A DNA stretch of 64,000 nucleotides from an uncultured Candidatus Saccharibacteria bacterium (GTDB lineage Bacteria > Patescibacteriota > Andersenbacteria > UBA10190), in contig CAZSUC010000001.1 in assembly GCA_964610055.1 (NCBI GenBank), positions 216,867 through 280,866 of the forward strand. The letters are read 5' to 3'. The position numbers were made by a program, and so were the translations under genes. How positions within the stretch are numbered: position 1 is the first letter of the stretch; the number at the start of each line of letters is the position of its first letter. This document shows, in pieces, positions 19,314-28,503 of this stretch. Below the pieces are notes generated by a model. It saw only the letters and a program-made list of their open reading frames with translations. It ran no database searches and had not been told where the DNA came from.

Positions 19314-20873
19314 ATGCCTGCTTTAATTCATTCGGCTGCGTTACGGGGGATTGAAGCCGACCAAATTGATGTCGAAGTTTCCGTTATGTCTGGCTTACCT
19401 AGCTATACTGTTGTTGGCTTAGGTGATACTGCTATCAAAGAGTCTCGTGAACGTCTTACTGCTGCTTTAAGTCATCTTGGATTTACCCCGCCTCGTCGTA
19501 AAACAATTGTTTCTTTAGCCCCAGCTAGCCTGCGCAAGGTCGGTTCTTTGTATGACGTTCCTATTACGCTTGGTTTCTTGCTTGCTAGTAATCAAGTTAA
19601 GATTTCAAGCCAAATATTAGACCAAGCTTGGTTCTGCGGAGAACTAGGCCTAGATGGTCAGGTGAGACCGATTAATGGTGTTTTACCTATGGCCTTAGCT
19701 GCTATTAATAACAATGTTAAAACTCTATACATACCCGCCAGCAACGCTGCTGAAGTTGAAGCTATAGCTGATAAAATTGTTATTTTCCCTGTTACATCGT
19801 TATCGGAGCTTGTTGACCATCTCCAAACTTCATGTCGCGGAATCGCGCCTTTAATTCCTCGTCAGTCTGCTCACAGCGCTTTTGTGCCAGAATTAGATTT
19901 TAGCGATATTCAAGGACAGAACCATGCCAAGCGCGCTCTTTTGATTGCTGCTGCCGCTTCGCATAATATTTTGCTCGTTGGTAGTCCTGGTACCGGTAAA
20001 ACTCTGATGGCACGTGCTTTAGCCGGAATTATGCCTCCTCTGACAGAATCTGAATCATATGTTGTTACCTCAATCTATTCTGTCGCCGGACTCCTACGCG
20101 CTGGAGAAGGTTTAATCAAACATCGTCCTTTTCGTAATCCTCATCACGGCGCCTCTAGCGCCGCTTTAGTTGGAGGTGGTAACAATGCTCGCCCTGGAGA
20201 AGTCAGCCTTGCTCATTCCGGCGTGCTGTTTTTGGACGAATTACCCGAATTTACCCCGCATGTTCTTGATCAGTTACGTCAACCACTTGAGGACGGAGTT
20301 ATTACTATTGCTCGTGCTAATCACACCCAATCTTTTCCCGCTCGTTCGGTTTTGGTTGCCGCCATGAATCCATGTAAATGCGGCTACCTTGGCAGTCAAA
20401 GACAAGAATGTCGTTGCTTACCAGCCGATGTTCTGAGGTACCAACGTCGTATCTCTGGTCCATTTCTAGATCGAATTGATCTCCATATTATGGTAAATGA
20501 CGTTCCAGTAGCAGACTTATTAACCGATAAAGCTTCCCCTGTTGCTTCTTCTAATTTACCCAATACATCGGCTGATTATGCCCAGCTTGCCTTTAATGCT
20601 CAAACAAGACAGTTGAAACGGCAGGGGAAAGCAAACTCTGCTCTTTCTGTGCCAGAAATCAAAACTTATTGTGATATTGATAATTCTAGTAAAAAATTGC
20701 TATACCAAGCAGAGAGCAGGTTTCATCTAACCGCTCGAGGAGTGCATCGTCTACTTAAAGTTGCGCGTACTATTGCTGATTTATCAGAATCAGATCATAT
20801 TCACTCTAGTCATTTGGCTGAGGCTCTACAGTATCGTGAGCAGCTTCGCACTGCTTTGCCTGACTTCATCTAA
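19314..20873 (+). CDS. comM: YifB/ComM family Mg-chelatase-like AAA+ ATPase
   Basis: N-terminal Lon-like subdomain, Walker A GSPGTGKT, an Mg_chelatase core and a C-terminal ComM domain; 519 aa. Confidence 0.9.
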   Translation: MPALIHSAALRGIEADQIDVEVSVMSGLPSYTVVGLGDTAIKESRERLTAALSHLGFTPPRRKTIVSLAPASLRKVGSLYDVPITLGFLLASNQVKISSQILDQAWFCGELGLDGQVRPINGVLPMALAAINNNVKTLYIPASNAAEVEAIADKIVIFPVTSLSELVDHLQTSCRGIAPLIPRQSAHSAFVPELDFSDIQGQNHAKRALLIAAAASHNILLVGSPGTGKTLMARALAGIMPPLTESESYVVTSIYSVAGLLRAGEGLIKHRPFRNPHHGASSAALVGGGNNARPGEVSLAHSGVLFLDELPEFTPHVLDQLRQPLEDGVITIARANHTQSFPARSVLVAAMNPCKCGYLGSQRQECRCLPADVLRYQRRISGPFLDRIDLHIMVNDVPVADLLTDKASPVASSNLPNTSADYAQLAFNAQTRQLKRQGKANSALSVPEIKTYCDIDNSSKKLLYQAESRFHLTARGVHRLLKVARTIADLSESDHIHSSHLAEALQYREQLRTALPDFI

Positions 20874-20924
20874 AATGGTCCTAGTTACTCGTGGTATAAT
20901 TAATCGCAATCTAATCTTATTGCT

Positions 20925-21833
20925 ATGAAATCAGACTCGGCTTCGCAAATGCGAACTTTTCTCTATGGCGGTGGCGCTACCTTACTTCTTTTCGACGTCT
21001 TCTTCCTATTCAAAGCTGTATTTACTGATAATTTTGTTCCTATTATTCCTATTATCGCCGGTATCTTCACCGCTTTTGGGCTTTTAATAGTTGTCTATTA
21101 CGAACAGCAGACTCGGCTTTTAGATAAAAAAGAACATCGTCGTATATCTCGAGTTGCCCATCAATTAACAGCGCCTTTGCAAGCCTTAGAAACGAACATG
21201 GAAGAATTAAGCGCTCAGGCGCAGTCTTTGCCTGCAGAATTACGACTTAAGCTCCGTCATATGGATACTAAAACTAAAGTTTTGCTAGATAACATTCGCG
21301 ATGTCTTCCTTATGCTTCAAGCTCAAGAACATCCAGTTTCACAAGAAATTCGTACTTATGATCTCTGCTCTTTGCTCAAAGACGTGATTTCCGATTGCCA
21401 GCCTTTAGCCAAAGCTCGCAATGTTAACCTCGTTTATCAAACCCATTGTGAATATGCTCCCGTCAAAGTTGATCGTCGTCATTTCTTTTTAGCCATGACA
21501 CACTTAATCGACAACGCAACGATCTATACCATGAATCCTGGAATTGTGAATGTTGCCGTTTTAAAAAACCATAAGCATATTCGAATTGTCGTTCAAGATC
21601 GTGGTATCGGTATTTCTCCTGAAGACGCCAGTCAGGTTTTTCTGCCCTTTGCTCGCGGGCAAAATGCTGCTAAATATGATCCTGATGGCATAGGTGTGGG
21701 GTTAACGATTAGTCGCCTTCTCTTACGTGAATTTAACGGCAAATTGATTTGGCGTAATCGCCATCCTGGCATGGGCACTGAATTTCAAATTACGCTTCCT
21801 CTCGTCCGTTCCTCGTCTAAATCAAAAGCTTAA
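20925..21833 (+). CDS. sensor histidine kinase (orphan, 2 TM)
   Basis: HisKA H-box region (RVAHQLTAPLQAL), HATPase_c N/G1/G2 boxes (LIDNATIYT; DRGIGI; GVGLTISR). No adjacent response regulator. Confidence 0.8.
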   Translation: MKSDSASQMRTFLYGGGATLLLFDVFFLFKAVFTDNFVPIIPIIAGIFTAFGLLIVVYYEQQTRLLDKKEHRRISRVAHQLTAPLQALETNMEELSAQAQSLPAELRLKLRHMDTKTKVLLDNIRDVFLMLQAQEHPVSQEIRTYDLCSLLKDVISDCQPLAKARNVNLVYQTHCEYAPVKVDRRHFFLAMTHLIDNATIYTMNPGIVNVAVLKNHKHIRIVVQDRGIGISPEDASQVFLPFARGQNAAKYDPDGIGVGLTISRLLLREFNGKLIWRNRHPGMGTEFQITLPLVRSSSKSKA

Positions 21834-21843
21834 TCTCCTTGTA

Positions 21844-21917
21844 GTACCCCCGGCAGGAATCGAACCTGCGGCCAAAGGTTTAGAAAACCTCTGCTCTATC
21901 CTCTGAGCTACGGGGGC
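21844..21917 (-). tRNA. tRNA-Arg (anticodon TCT)
   Basis: Reverse complement GCCCCCGTAGCTCAGAGGATAGAGCAGAGGTTTTCTAAACCTTTGGCCGCAGGTTCGATTCCTGCCGGGGGTA. Anticodon loop TT-TCT-AA; G1-U72 wobble; CCA not encoded. Confidence 0.85.
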
Positions 21918-21992
21918 ATAGACCCTTTCACTTGTTTTTAGCAGAAAATATGGTACATTGCTAGCACTCCACCTCTATAGAGCGGGGCATAT

Positions 21993-22067
21993 GGCGGTCG
22001 TAGCTTAATGGTAAAGCACCGGGTTGTGGTCCCGGCGACGTGGGTTCGATTCCCATCGATCGCCCCA
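21993..22067 (+). tRNA. tRNA-His (anticodon GTG) with G-1 and encoded CCA
   Basis: GGCGGTCGTAGCTTAATGGTAAAGCACCGGGTTGTGGTCCCGGCGACGTGGGTTCGATTCCCATCGATCGCCCCA. The extra 5' G pairs with C73, which is the His identity element. Confidence 0.9.
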
Positions 22068-22085
22068 ATTATATTAGTTACTTTT

Positions 22086-22667
22086 ATGGTTCATAAAAAA
22101 ACTACTGCCGAATTAGTTCAAGAACGCCCTCAGCCGGAACAAATGCAAAATTTACCTCGTCTTGAGCTTAATGTCGTAGTTGATAATGTTCGAAGTCTCG
22201 ATAATGTCGGGCTCATTTTTCGACTCTGCGAATTAGCTCGAGTGAATAAGCTTTATTTAACCGGCTATACTGGCCATCCTCGTCTGCCAGAAGGGGATAA
22301 TCGCGAAGAGGGTCTTATTTCTCGACATGAAAGCCGTATTTTTAAAACCGCTGTCTATGCTGTTCCTTTTCAGCCGTGGGCATACGTTCCTGATCCCGTT
22401 CCTTTGGTTCGCAAGCTCAAAAAATCAGGTCATCAGATTGTCGCGTTAGAGCAAACTGACCACAGTGTTTCTTATTGTGAGGCTTTATATCAACTTCCCA
22501 CCACTCTTATTGTCGGTCACGAACGCCTTGGCGTCCGAGCAGAATTGCTTGAATTAGCCGATTTACAGGTGGAAATTCCTATTCTTGGCCTAGGCAATTC
22601 GCATAATGTTGCTACCGCCACCGGGATCACTTTGTACCATATACTGGAAAAAACTCATCAAATCTGA
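22086..22667 (+). CDS. TrmH/SpoU family RNA 2'-O-methyltransferase
   Basis: SPOUT motifs (LDNVGLIFR; ALEQTDHS; LIVGHERLGV; GLGNSHNVATATGI). The ORF track start at 22008 runs through tRNA-His, so the internal Met at 22086 (MVHKK) is used. Confidence 0.7.
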   Translation: MVHKKTTAELVQERPQPEQMQNLPRLELNVVVDNVRSLDNVGLIFRLCELARVNKLYLTGYTGHPRLPEGDNREEGLISRHESRIFKTAVYAVPFQPWAYVPDPVPLVRKLKKSGHQIVALEQTDHSVSYCEALYQLPTTLIVGHERLGVRAELLELADLQVEIPILGLGNSHNVATATGITLYHILEKTHQI

Positions 22668-22687
22668 TAATAATTGGATTACTACGC

Positions 22688-22764
22688 GCGCCCGTAGCTC
22701 AGTGGATCAGAGCGCCTGGCTTCGGACCAGGAGGCCGTGGGTTCAAATCCTACCGGGCGTACCA
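22688..22764 (+). tRNA. tRNA-Arg (anticodon TCG) with encoded CCA
   Basis: GCGCCCGTAGCTCAGTGGATCAGAGCGCCTGGCTTCGGACCAGGAGGCCGTGGGTTCAAATCCTACCGGGCGTACCA. Anticodon loop CT-TCG-GA. Confidence 0.85.
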
Positions 22765-22774
22765 TTTCATCATC

Positions 22775-24883
22775 ATGCCTTTTTCCTTGTCCCAAATACG
22801 TCTTTCTTCTCCTGTAACTGTTTTACCTGGGATTGGGCCGGCCAAGGCTCAAATTCTTGCTCGATTGAATATCTTTTATCTTCGCGACCTGCTTTTTCAT
22901 TTTCCTCGTCGGTACGATGATTTTTCTACTATTACTCCCATTGGCCAGTTATCTCCTGGAAAACCACTCACTGTGCGAGGACGCATCAAATCCGTCACAG
23001 TTAAGCCTGGTTTTCAGGGAAAACGTCGACTTACTCGTATTTTTGTCACCATTGTCGATGATAGTGGAGAATTAGACGTTATTTGGTACAATCTAAAATT
23101 TTTAATTCCACAACTACACCATAACCGTGAATTATATGTTGCTGGTATGGTTGAGCCCAATGTGACCCAAAATCCTCGTAGCTCAAGCCCGTCAGCTGCT
23201 CCTTTTCGGATGCGCTCTCCTGTTATGGAGTTTATCAATCAAAATGACCCTACCCACACCGCCCGTATTACTCCGATCTATGCGGAAACACATGGCATCT
23301 CTTCGCGTTTTTTGCGTTATCAAGTCAAACAGATCTTGCCACTGATTCAGACTATCCCTGAATATCTTCCGGAAGAAATTCGCACGAAACATCATCTTAT
23401 AGGTATTCACGAAGCTCTGCGTAGTGTTCATTTTCCTGATTCGACCCAAAATCTCGCTATTGCTCAGGCTCGCCTTCGTTTTGATGAACTTTTCTTTCTT
23501 CAATTAGCCGCTTTAGTGAGACGAGCTGCTCGATCTCATCGTGCCGCTTATCAAATTCCAATTGATCCTCATGTTATTTCTCAAATTACTCACCAGGCTG
23601 GATTTTCTCTAACTAATGCTCAAACCCAAGCTTTAAGCGAAATATTTGCTGATTTATCCCAAAAACAGCCCATGAACCGTCTTCTACAAGGGGACGTTGG
23701 TTCCGGAAAAAGTATTGTCGCCGCCGCCGCCGCCCTGCAAGCTCTCACGGCTAATTTAAAAGTACTTTATTTAGCTCCAACTGAAGTGCTTGCTCGTCAG
23801 CAACACCAAGCATTCTCTGAGCTGTTGAACTCATATCCTGTTCATCTACTAGTTGGTGCGACGCCTAGTCACAAAAAACAAAAAATTAATCAGGAGCTCA
23901 GCGAAAAGGCCCCAGTCTGCGTCATTGGTACTCATGCTTTATTACAAGATCATATTGTGACCAATAAATGTGGTCTAGTTATTATTGATGAACAACATCG
24001 TTTTGGAGTCGCTCAACGTCAGTCTTTGCAAAACGTTAACCTCTCTGATGAAATGCCTCATTTACTCTCAATGACAGCTACCCCGATTCCACGCACCCTT
24101 AATCTAACAGTTTACGGGGATTTAGATGTTTCTACCCTGAACGAACTTCCGCCTGGTCGCCAGCCTATCCAAACTAGTGTTGTCAGTAGCCACGATTATG
24201 ATCGTGTCATTATTCATGTTTTGTCTGAATTACACGCTGGTCGCCAAGGATACGTTATCGCGCCCTTAGTGGAAGACTCCGTTAAGCTCCAGGCAAAATC
24301 CGCTAAAGCTGTTTTCCGGGATATGCAGCATTTATTTCCTGATATTGCCGTTGGGCTTTTACATGGCCAAATGAGTTCTGCGGACAAAGAAGCGACTTTA
24401 CGTAGTTTTTCAGCCGGCGCTATTCAATTATTAGTTGCCACTGCTGTTGTTGAAGTTGGTGTTAATGTCCCTAACGCTACTATCATGTTAATTGAAGGCG
24501 CTGAAAGATTTGGCCTCGCTCAGCTGCATCAATTCCGCGGCCGCATTGGTCGGGGAGAGCACCAATCGTTCTGTTATCTTTTTCCGACTCATAATGATAG
24601 TAATGACAACTTAGATAATCCGCGTTTAAATATCTTGGCTCAAACTAACGATGGCTTTGTCATCGCTGAAAAAGATTTAGAATTACGCGGACCCGGTGAA
24701 ATTTACGGCCTCGCTCAATCTGGGTTTGGTCATCTTCAAGTTGCCTCTCTCCTTGACTACGCCGCTATCAAAAAAGCGCGTGCTTCTGCTCAGGCTTTAC
24801 TTAAACAAGATCCTTCTCTGGATGAGTATCCTATTCTCAAAGCAAAAGTTGCTCAGAAAAATACTATTACTCATTTTGAGTAA
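22775..24883 (+). CDS. recG: ATP-dependent DNA helicase RecG
   Basis: Wedge/OB N-terminal domain, helicase motifs (GDVGSGKS, DEQHRFGV, SMTATPIPRT, QLHQFRGRIGRG) and a C-terminal TRG motif region. Confidence 0.9.
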   Translation: MPFSLSQIRLSSPVTVLPGIGPAKAQILARLNIFYLRDLLFHFPRRYDDFSTITPIGQLSPGKPLTVRGRIKSVTVKPGFQGKRRLTRIFVTIVDDSGELDVIWYNLKFLIPQLHHNRELYVAGMVEPNVTQNPRSSSPSAAPFRMRSPVMEFINQNDPTHTARITPIYAETHGISSRFLRYQVKQILPLIQTIPEYLPEEIRTKHHLIGIHEALRSVHFPDSTQNLAIAQARLRFDELFFLQLAALVRRAARSHRAAYQIPIDPHVISQITHQAGFSLTNAQTQALSEIFADLSQKQPMNRLLQGDVGSGKSIVAAAAALQALTANLKVLYLAPTEVLARQQHQAFSELLNSYPVHLLVGATPSHKKQKINQELSEKAPVCVIGTHALLQDHIVTNKCGLVIIDEQHRFGVAQRQSLQNVNLSDEMPHLLSMTATPIPRTLNLTVYGDLDVSTLNELPPGRQPIQTSVVSSHDYDRVIIHVLSELHAGRQGYVIAPLVEDSVKLQAKSAKAVFRDMQHLFPDIAVGLLHGQMSSADKEATLRSFSAGAIQLLVATAVVEVGVNVPNATIMLIEGAERFGLAQLHQFRGRIGRGEHQSFCYLFPTHNDSNDNLDNPRLNILAQTNDGFVIAEKDLELRGPGEIYGLAQSGFGHLQVASLLDYAAIKKARASAQALLKQDPSLDEYPILKAKVAQKNTITHFE

Positions 24884-24885
24884 CC

Positions 24886-25521
24886 CTAAAATTTACGTGA
24901 CAAAAAATTACTATTCTTAATTCCAAATCGCCAAGGGAGTTGAGCGTCTTTACCAGCATAATCAACTCCGATACGCGGGCCACTTACAACCTGAATAGGT
25001 CGATAATCGTCATCCCAAATCATAATTTCACGACTGCACGTCACATCATCGCCATTTAAATCGCGTGTAATTTGTAAAGCCTGGGTTAATTTACCCGGAC
25101 CTGTCGTCAGCTTATATTCACAGCTCGGATCCAAATCTAAGTTCCGATTTTTTCGCATCTCCTTTACACCAATCATTGGCTCTAACGCTCTAATTAAAAC
25201 TGCTGCTGGAAAACCTTTCTTTTCTGTTACCACATTTAAGCACGCATGCATTCCATAAATTAAATACACATATGCCAAGCCTGCTTCTCGAAACATTATT
25301 TCATTACGTTTTGTTTTTCCGCGGGACGCATGACATGCCGCATCATCTTTACCGACATAACCTTCTGTTTCTGTGATACGTCCGGCTAATATTTTCTTGT
25401 TATCAACACGCACCAAGACTTTGCCTAATAATTCTTGCGCCACCTTGATTGTATCTCTTGCAAAAAAATCACGTTCACATCTTTGACCGTGTAAAGTTTT
25501 TTCTATTTCCAATGACCGCAT
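24886..25521 (-). CDS. mpg: DNA-3-methyladenine (methylpurine) glycosylase, Mpg/AAG family
   Basis: ARDTIKVAQELLGK...TEGYVGKDDAACHASRGKTKRNEIMF...LIYGMHACLNVV conserved AAG blocks. Confidence 0.85.
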   Translation of the reverse strand: MRSLEIEKTLHGQRCERDFFARDTIKVAQELLGKVLVRVDNKKILAGRITETEGYVGKDDAACHASRGKTKRNEIMFREAGLAYVYLIYGMHACLNVVTEKKGFPAAVLIRALEPMIGVKEMRKNRNLDLDPSCEYKLTTGPGKLTQALQITRDLNGDDVTCSREIMIWDDDYRPIQVVSGPRIGVDYAGKDAQLPWRFGIKNSNFLSRKF

Positions 25522-25547
25522 TGCAAATTAGTTTAATAAAATGAATT

Positions 25548-26141
25548 ATGAAGATATCCCATTACTCCTTCGCTATCGTTATGTTTAATGTATCGTTATT
25601 TGTTTTGGAAGTCCTTTGGTTTTTTCTGCCGGCTTTTGCTGGTAACATTGCCCCTGTCTTAGCCGCACATTATCATTGGTTGCCTCGTTTAAATTTGCCA
25701 TTGGATGGGGGAGCATATCTCGGTTCTAATCGCTTATTGGGGCAAAATAAAACTATTCGCGGTGTCGTTGTCGGTCTTTTAGCCGGTGCCTTAGTGGGCG
25801 GTTTTCAATTTATAATCGTTGCGCTCATTCCTGCCGAAGTTGTTGTAATTAATGCCTATCATAATTTAATTGGCGCTGTTAGCCTTGGTATGTTAATTAG
25901 TTGCGGTGCTTTACTTGGTGACGCTATCAAAAGTTTTTACAAACGACGCTTGCATATTCCCGCTGGTATTTCATGGAAGCCATGGGATCAAATTGATATT
26001 GTCATCGGTGTGCTGTTAGTAACCTTCCCTTTCTTTCCATTTTCATTATCACAATTTTTTCTCAGTTTAATTGTGATCGGTCTTGGCATGTTTATTATTA
26101 GTTACTTTGGTTTTCGTCTTGGCATCAAAGAGTCAATCTAA
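25548..26141 (+). CDS. CDP-archaeol synthase-like (CarS/DUF46 family) integral membrane protein
   Basis: 5-6 TM helices with PLDGG...GSNRLLGQNKTIRG, resembling the CarS cytoplasmic-loop motif. Assignment is from memory of family motifs. Confidence 0.4.
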   Translation: MKISHYSFAIVMFNVSLFVLEVLWFFLPAFAGNIAPVLAAHYHWLPRLNLPLDGGAYLGSNRLLGQNKTIRGVVVGLLAGALVGGFQFIIVALIPAEVVVINAYHNLIGAVSLGMLISCGALLGDAIKSFYKRRLHIPAGISWKPWDQIDIVIGVLLVTFPFFPFSLSQFFLSLIVIGLGMFIISYFGFRLGIKESI

Positions 26142-26312
26142 TTATTTTTCTACTTGTCCACTTATTCACAAAGTAATATTGAATTACATGCAAAAATTTG
26201 TTCTAATTACTAACAGTAATTATCTTCCTTCATGTTAACTCCAGCACTCGCTAACTTTTTTTCCGCATTTATGGATTTGTTATTAAATTCATCTATGAGA
26301 GGAGGTGGTAAA

Positions 26313-26483
26313 CATGCCAGCTAAAAAGAAGCGCACCGTAAAGAAGCGCACCGTTCGCAAGACCGCCAAGCGCAAAACGACTGCGCGTCGCAAGACCGCT
26401 GCTCGCAAGCCTGCGACTAAGCGCAAGACGACCCGCCGCAAAACGACGGCTCGCCGAAAGACCACCTCGCGCAAAAAGAAGTA
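26313..26483 (+). CDS. small lysine/arginine-rich histone H1-like DNA-binding protein (56 aa)
   Basis: Not in the ORF track (<60 aa). ATG preceded by GAGGAGGTGG with a 6-nt spacer. Encodes MPAKKKRTVKKRTVRKTAKRKTTARRKTAARKPATKRKTTRRKTTARRKTTSRKKK, followed by a strong terminator. The listed antisense ORFs 26289..26582 / 26293..26490 are rejected. Confidence 0.6.
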
Positions 26484-26504
26484 AGCGCAAGGACTTTCGA
26501 TCCT

Positions 26505-26540
26505 AAAAACAGGCTCTTTTAACAAGAGCCTGTTTTCTTT
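26505..26540. terminator. bidirectional rho-independent terminator
   Basis: AAACAGGCTCTT-ttaac-AAGAGCCTGTTT with a T-run on the + strand and an A-run upstream. Sits between the convergent genes 26313..26483 (+) and 26552..27169 (-). Confidence 0.6.
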
Positions 26541-26551
26541 TACCTCGGTAT

Positions 26552-27169
26552 TTAACTTAACGTATCTTCCAAATCCACCCAAAAACCTTCTAATAATTGC
26601 TGTGCCGCGGGCAAGTCTCTCAATTTCCGCACATAAGACACTGTTTCTTTTGCCATCGCTTTTGTTAATCCTTTATCATGCAACATTTTTTCTCGCACCT
26701 CATCATCCGGATGATTCTTGATGTAATTTTGAATTACTTTGTGCCAATTAGATAACACTGTTGAAACACTTATAAAATTTAACTCGTCATTATCAATTTT
26801 ATTTAACAACCGATACACTAAATCCCAGTCATCAAAATAGTCATACAATAAGTCATCTTCTAAAAGTCGCAACGCTTCTGATACTACCGGATTCCAAGGC
26901 AGTCTCTCCTTCCAAAAATGATTTCGTAAATAATTTTCACGTGTTATATCCACCCATGCGTGTACTCGTAAGCCTGTCATAAAATCATTTTCCGCTACCA
27001 AAGAATACAACGATACTTTATCCGGATGTAACCGATGACGTGCTTTTATTCCTAATTGATAAATATTCGGAAATAAAGTGCCAACCCAATAATCAGGCTC
27101 TCTAACTTGGTTTCCCAAATTAGTTAACACTCGTGCTGCATATACAACGTGACTAATCTCACTGGCCAT
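26552..27169 (-). CDS. hypothetical protein
   Basis: 205 aa ORF, mostly alpha-helical composition, no recognisable motif. Confidence 0.45.
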   Translation of the reverse strand: MASEISHVVYAARVLTNLGNQVREPDYWVGTLFPNIYQLGIKARHRLHPDKVSLYSLVAENDFMTGLRVHAWVDITRENYLRNHFWKERLPWNPVVSEALRLLEDDLLYDYFDDWDLVYRLLNKIDNDELNFISVSTVLSNWHKVIQNYIKNHPDDEVREKMLHDKGLTKAMAKETVSYVRKLRDLPAAQQLLEGFWVDLEDTLS

Positions 27170-27219
27170 AAAATATCTTGCTCTCCATTATACCATGGCA
27201 ACAATGATATAATTAACTC

Positions 27220-28494
27220 ATGTCTGTACCCGCCAACTCTTCTCGCCGCTTTCTTATTTTAAGTCTCATTATCCTTATTCTTATCATCACAGCGCTCACC
27301 GCTTTTTTAGTGATTCAACGCTTGCGCGCTGATTCCTCCTCGTCTTCATCGTCTCTTTCGCTCACCGCAACTTCTCCGACTGTTAATCCTGTTATGACTA
27401 CCACTCCTTCTCCTTCTATAAATTTACTTTCTGCTGCCGTTCCTCCTTCTGAGACTTGGACCAATCTATTAGTAACAGTAAGTTACACTTCTTCGCCAAA
27501 CTTTATTGTTACGCTTGATGATCTTTTTCGTACTCCTGATACTAATTTTGACCAAGTTAGTCCCCTTGATACTAACCAGTACTCAGTTTTACGGGTCAAA
27601 GATAGTTCTGGCGCCGTATTGTCGGAACAAAAATTTACTTTAGCTACTCAAGCCTTAATGGAAGGGGATGGTTTAGACCCTTATCTATTTTCTTTTACTG
27701 ATGGCACTCAATCCGTCATTGTCACTCTGCCTGATTATTCCCAGCCCACTAGTATTGAGCTGCAGAAAAGCGATGGCACTGTGATTGCGCAACGTTCTTT
27801 TGCTTATTCCAGTCTGTCTTTAGATCCCGCTTACACTAATGTTAGTAATCTCACCACTAGCCCTTCCGCTTCCGCATCTTTTGATCAGCCGCTTACCATT
27901 GCTATTACTCATTCTTCCAATGATGCTAGTTTTGTCACTGCTGTAGCCGCCGCCACTATGGAAATGCTCCAAACAATTGCTCCTTGGCCCGATTATATCG
28001 ACAATATTAATCTTATGACCGTTCCTCTTACCCAAACTGATATTATTTTTGATTGCGAGCATGTCACAACTTCATCTGGTCAATATCCGGTTTGTCGTAA
28101 TCAACCATCTCAAATCCTCCAGCTCATGCGTAGTCAAACCGGCATCGTACCTGATTTTGTCATTGTTACTACGTCTGGTCAAAATCGCGGCTCTGTTCAA
28201 TTAACTAATGCGGGATATTCGAATATCATTACTGTAGGCAGCCAAAGCACTGCCAGCATGATCGCTCATGAATTCCTCCGTTCCCTTGGTCAATTTTCCG
28301 ATGATTCTCAAGTTGCTTCTGCTTACACTGCTACTGAAAAAATAGTCATCGATACCGCTTTAGCTGATCTAACTGGTAAATCCGATTGTGTTAGTTGCCA
28401 TTCATCCCCAACACCGACTCCAACTCCTACTGTCACACCTGTTTCTTCGTCTCAATCATCTTCCAGTCCTGGCTATTGGGGCTGGTCACGTTAA
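27220..28494 (+). CDS. hypothetical secreted protein with Ser/Thr-rich regions and C-terminal PT-repeat linker
   Basis: N-terminal signal anchor (LILSLIILILIITALTAFLVI), S-rich stretch, and C-terminal PTPTPTPTVTPV. Confidence 0.45.
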   Translation: MSVPANSSRRFLILSLIILILIITALTAFLVIQRLRADSSSSSSSLSLTATSPTVNPVMTTTPSPSINLLSAAVPPSETWTNLLVTVSYTSSPNFIVTLDDLFRTPDTNFDQVSPLDTNQYSVLRVKDSSGAVLSEQKFTLATQALMEGDGLDPYLFSFTDGTQSVIVTLPDYSQPTSIELQKSDGTVIAQRSFAYSSLSLDPAYTNVSNLTTSPSASASFDQPLTIAITHSSNDASFVTAVAAATMEMLQTIAPWPDYIDNINLMTVPLTQTDIIFDCEHVTTSSGQYPVCRNQPSQILQLMRSQTGIVPDFVIVTTSGQNRGSVQLTNAGYSNIITVGSQSTASMIAHEFLRSLGQFSDDSQVASAYTATEKIVIDTALADLTGKSDCVSCHSSPTPTPTPTVTPVSSSQSSSSPGYWGWSR

Positions 28495-28503
28495 CTAAAC
28501 CAT

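Noticed and set aside
22606-22920. 104-aa + strand ORF
   Set aside because: It runs straight through tRNA-Arg(TCG) (22688..22764) and the start region of recG. Artefact.
26289-26582. 97-aa and 65-aa minus-strand ORFs rich in Arg/Ala/Leu
   Set aside because: They are antisense to the K/R-rich histone-like gene. Its repetitive AAG/CGC codons create open reverse frames, and the + strand has the SD, start and terminator.
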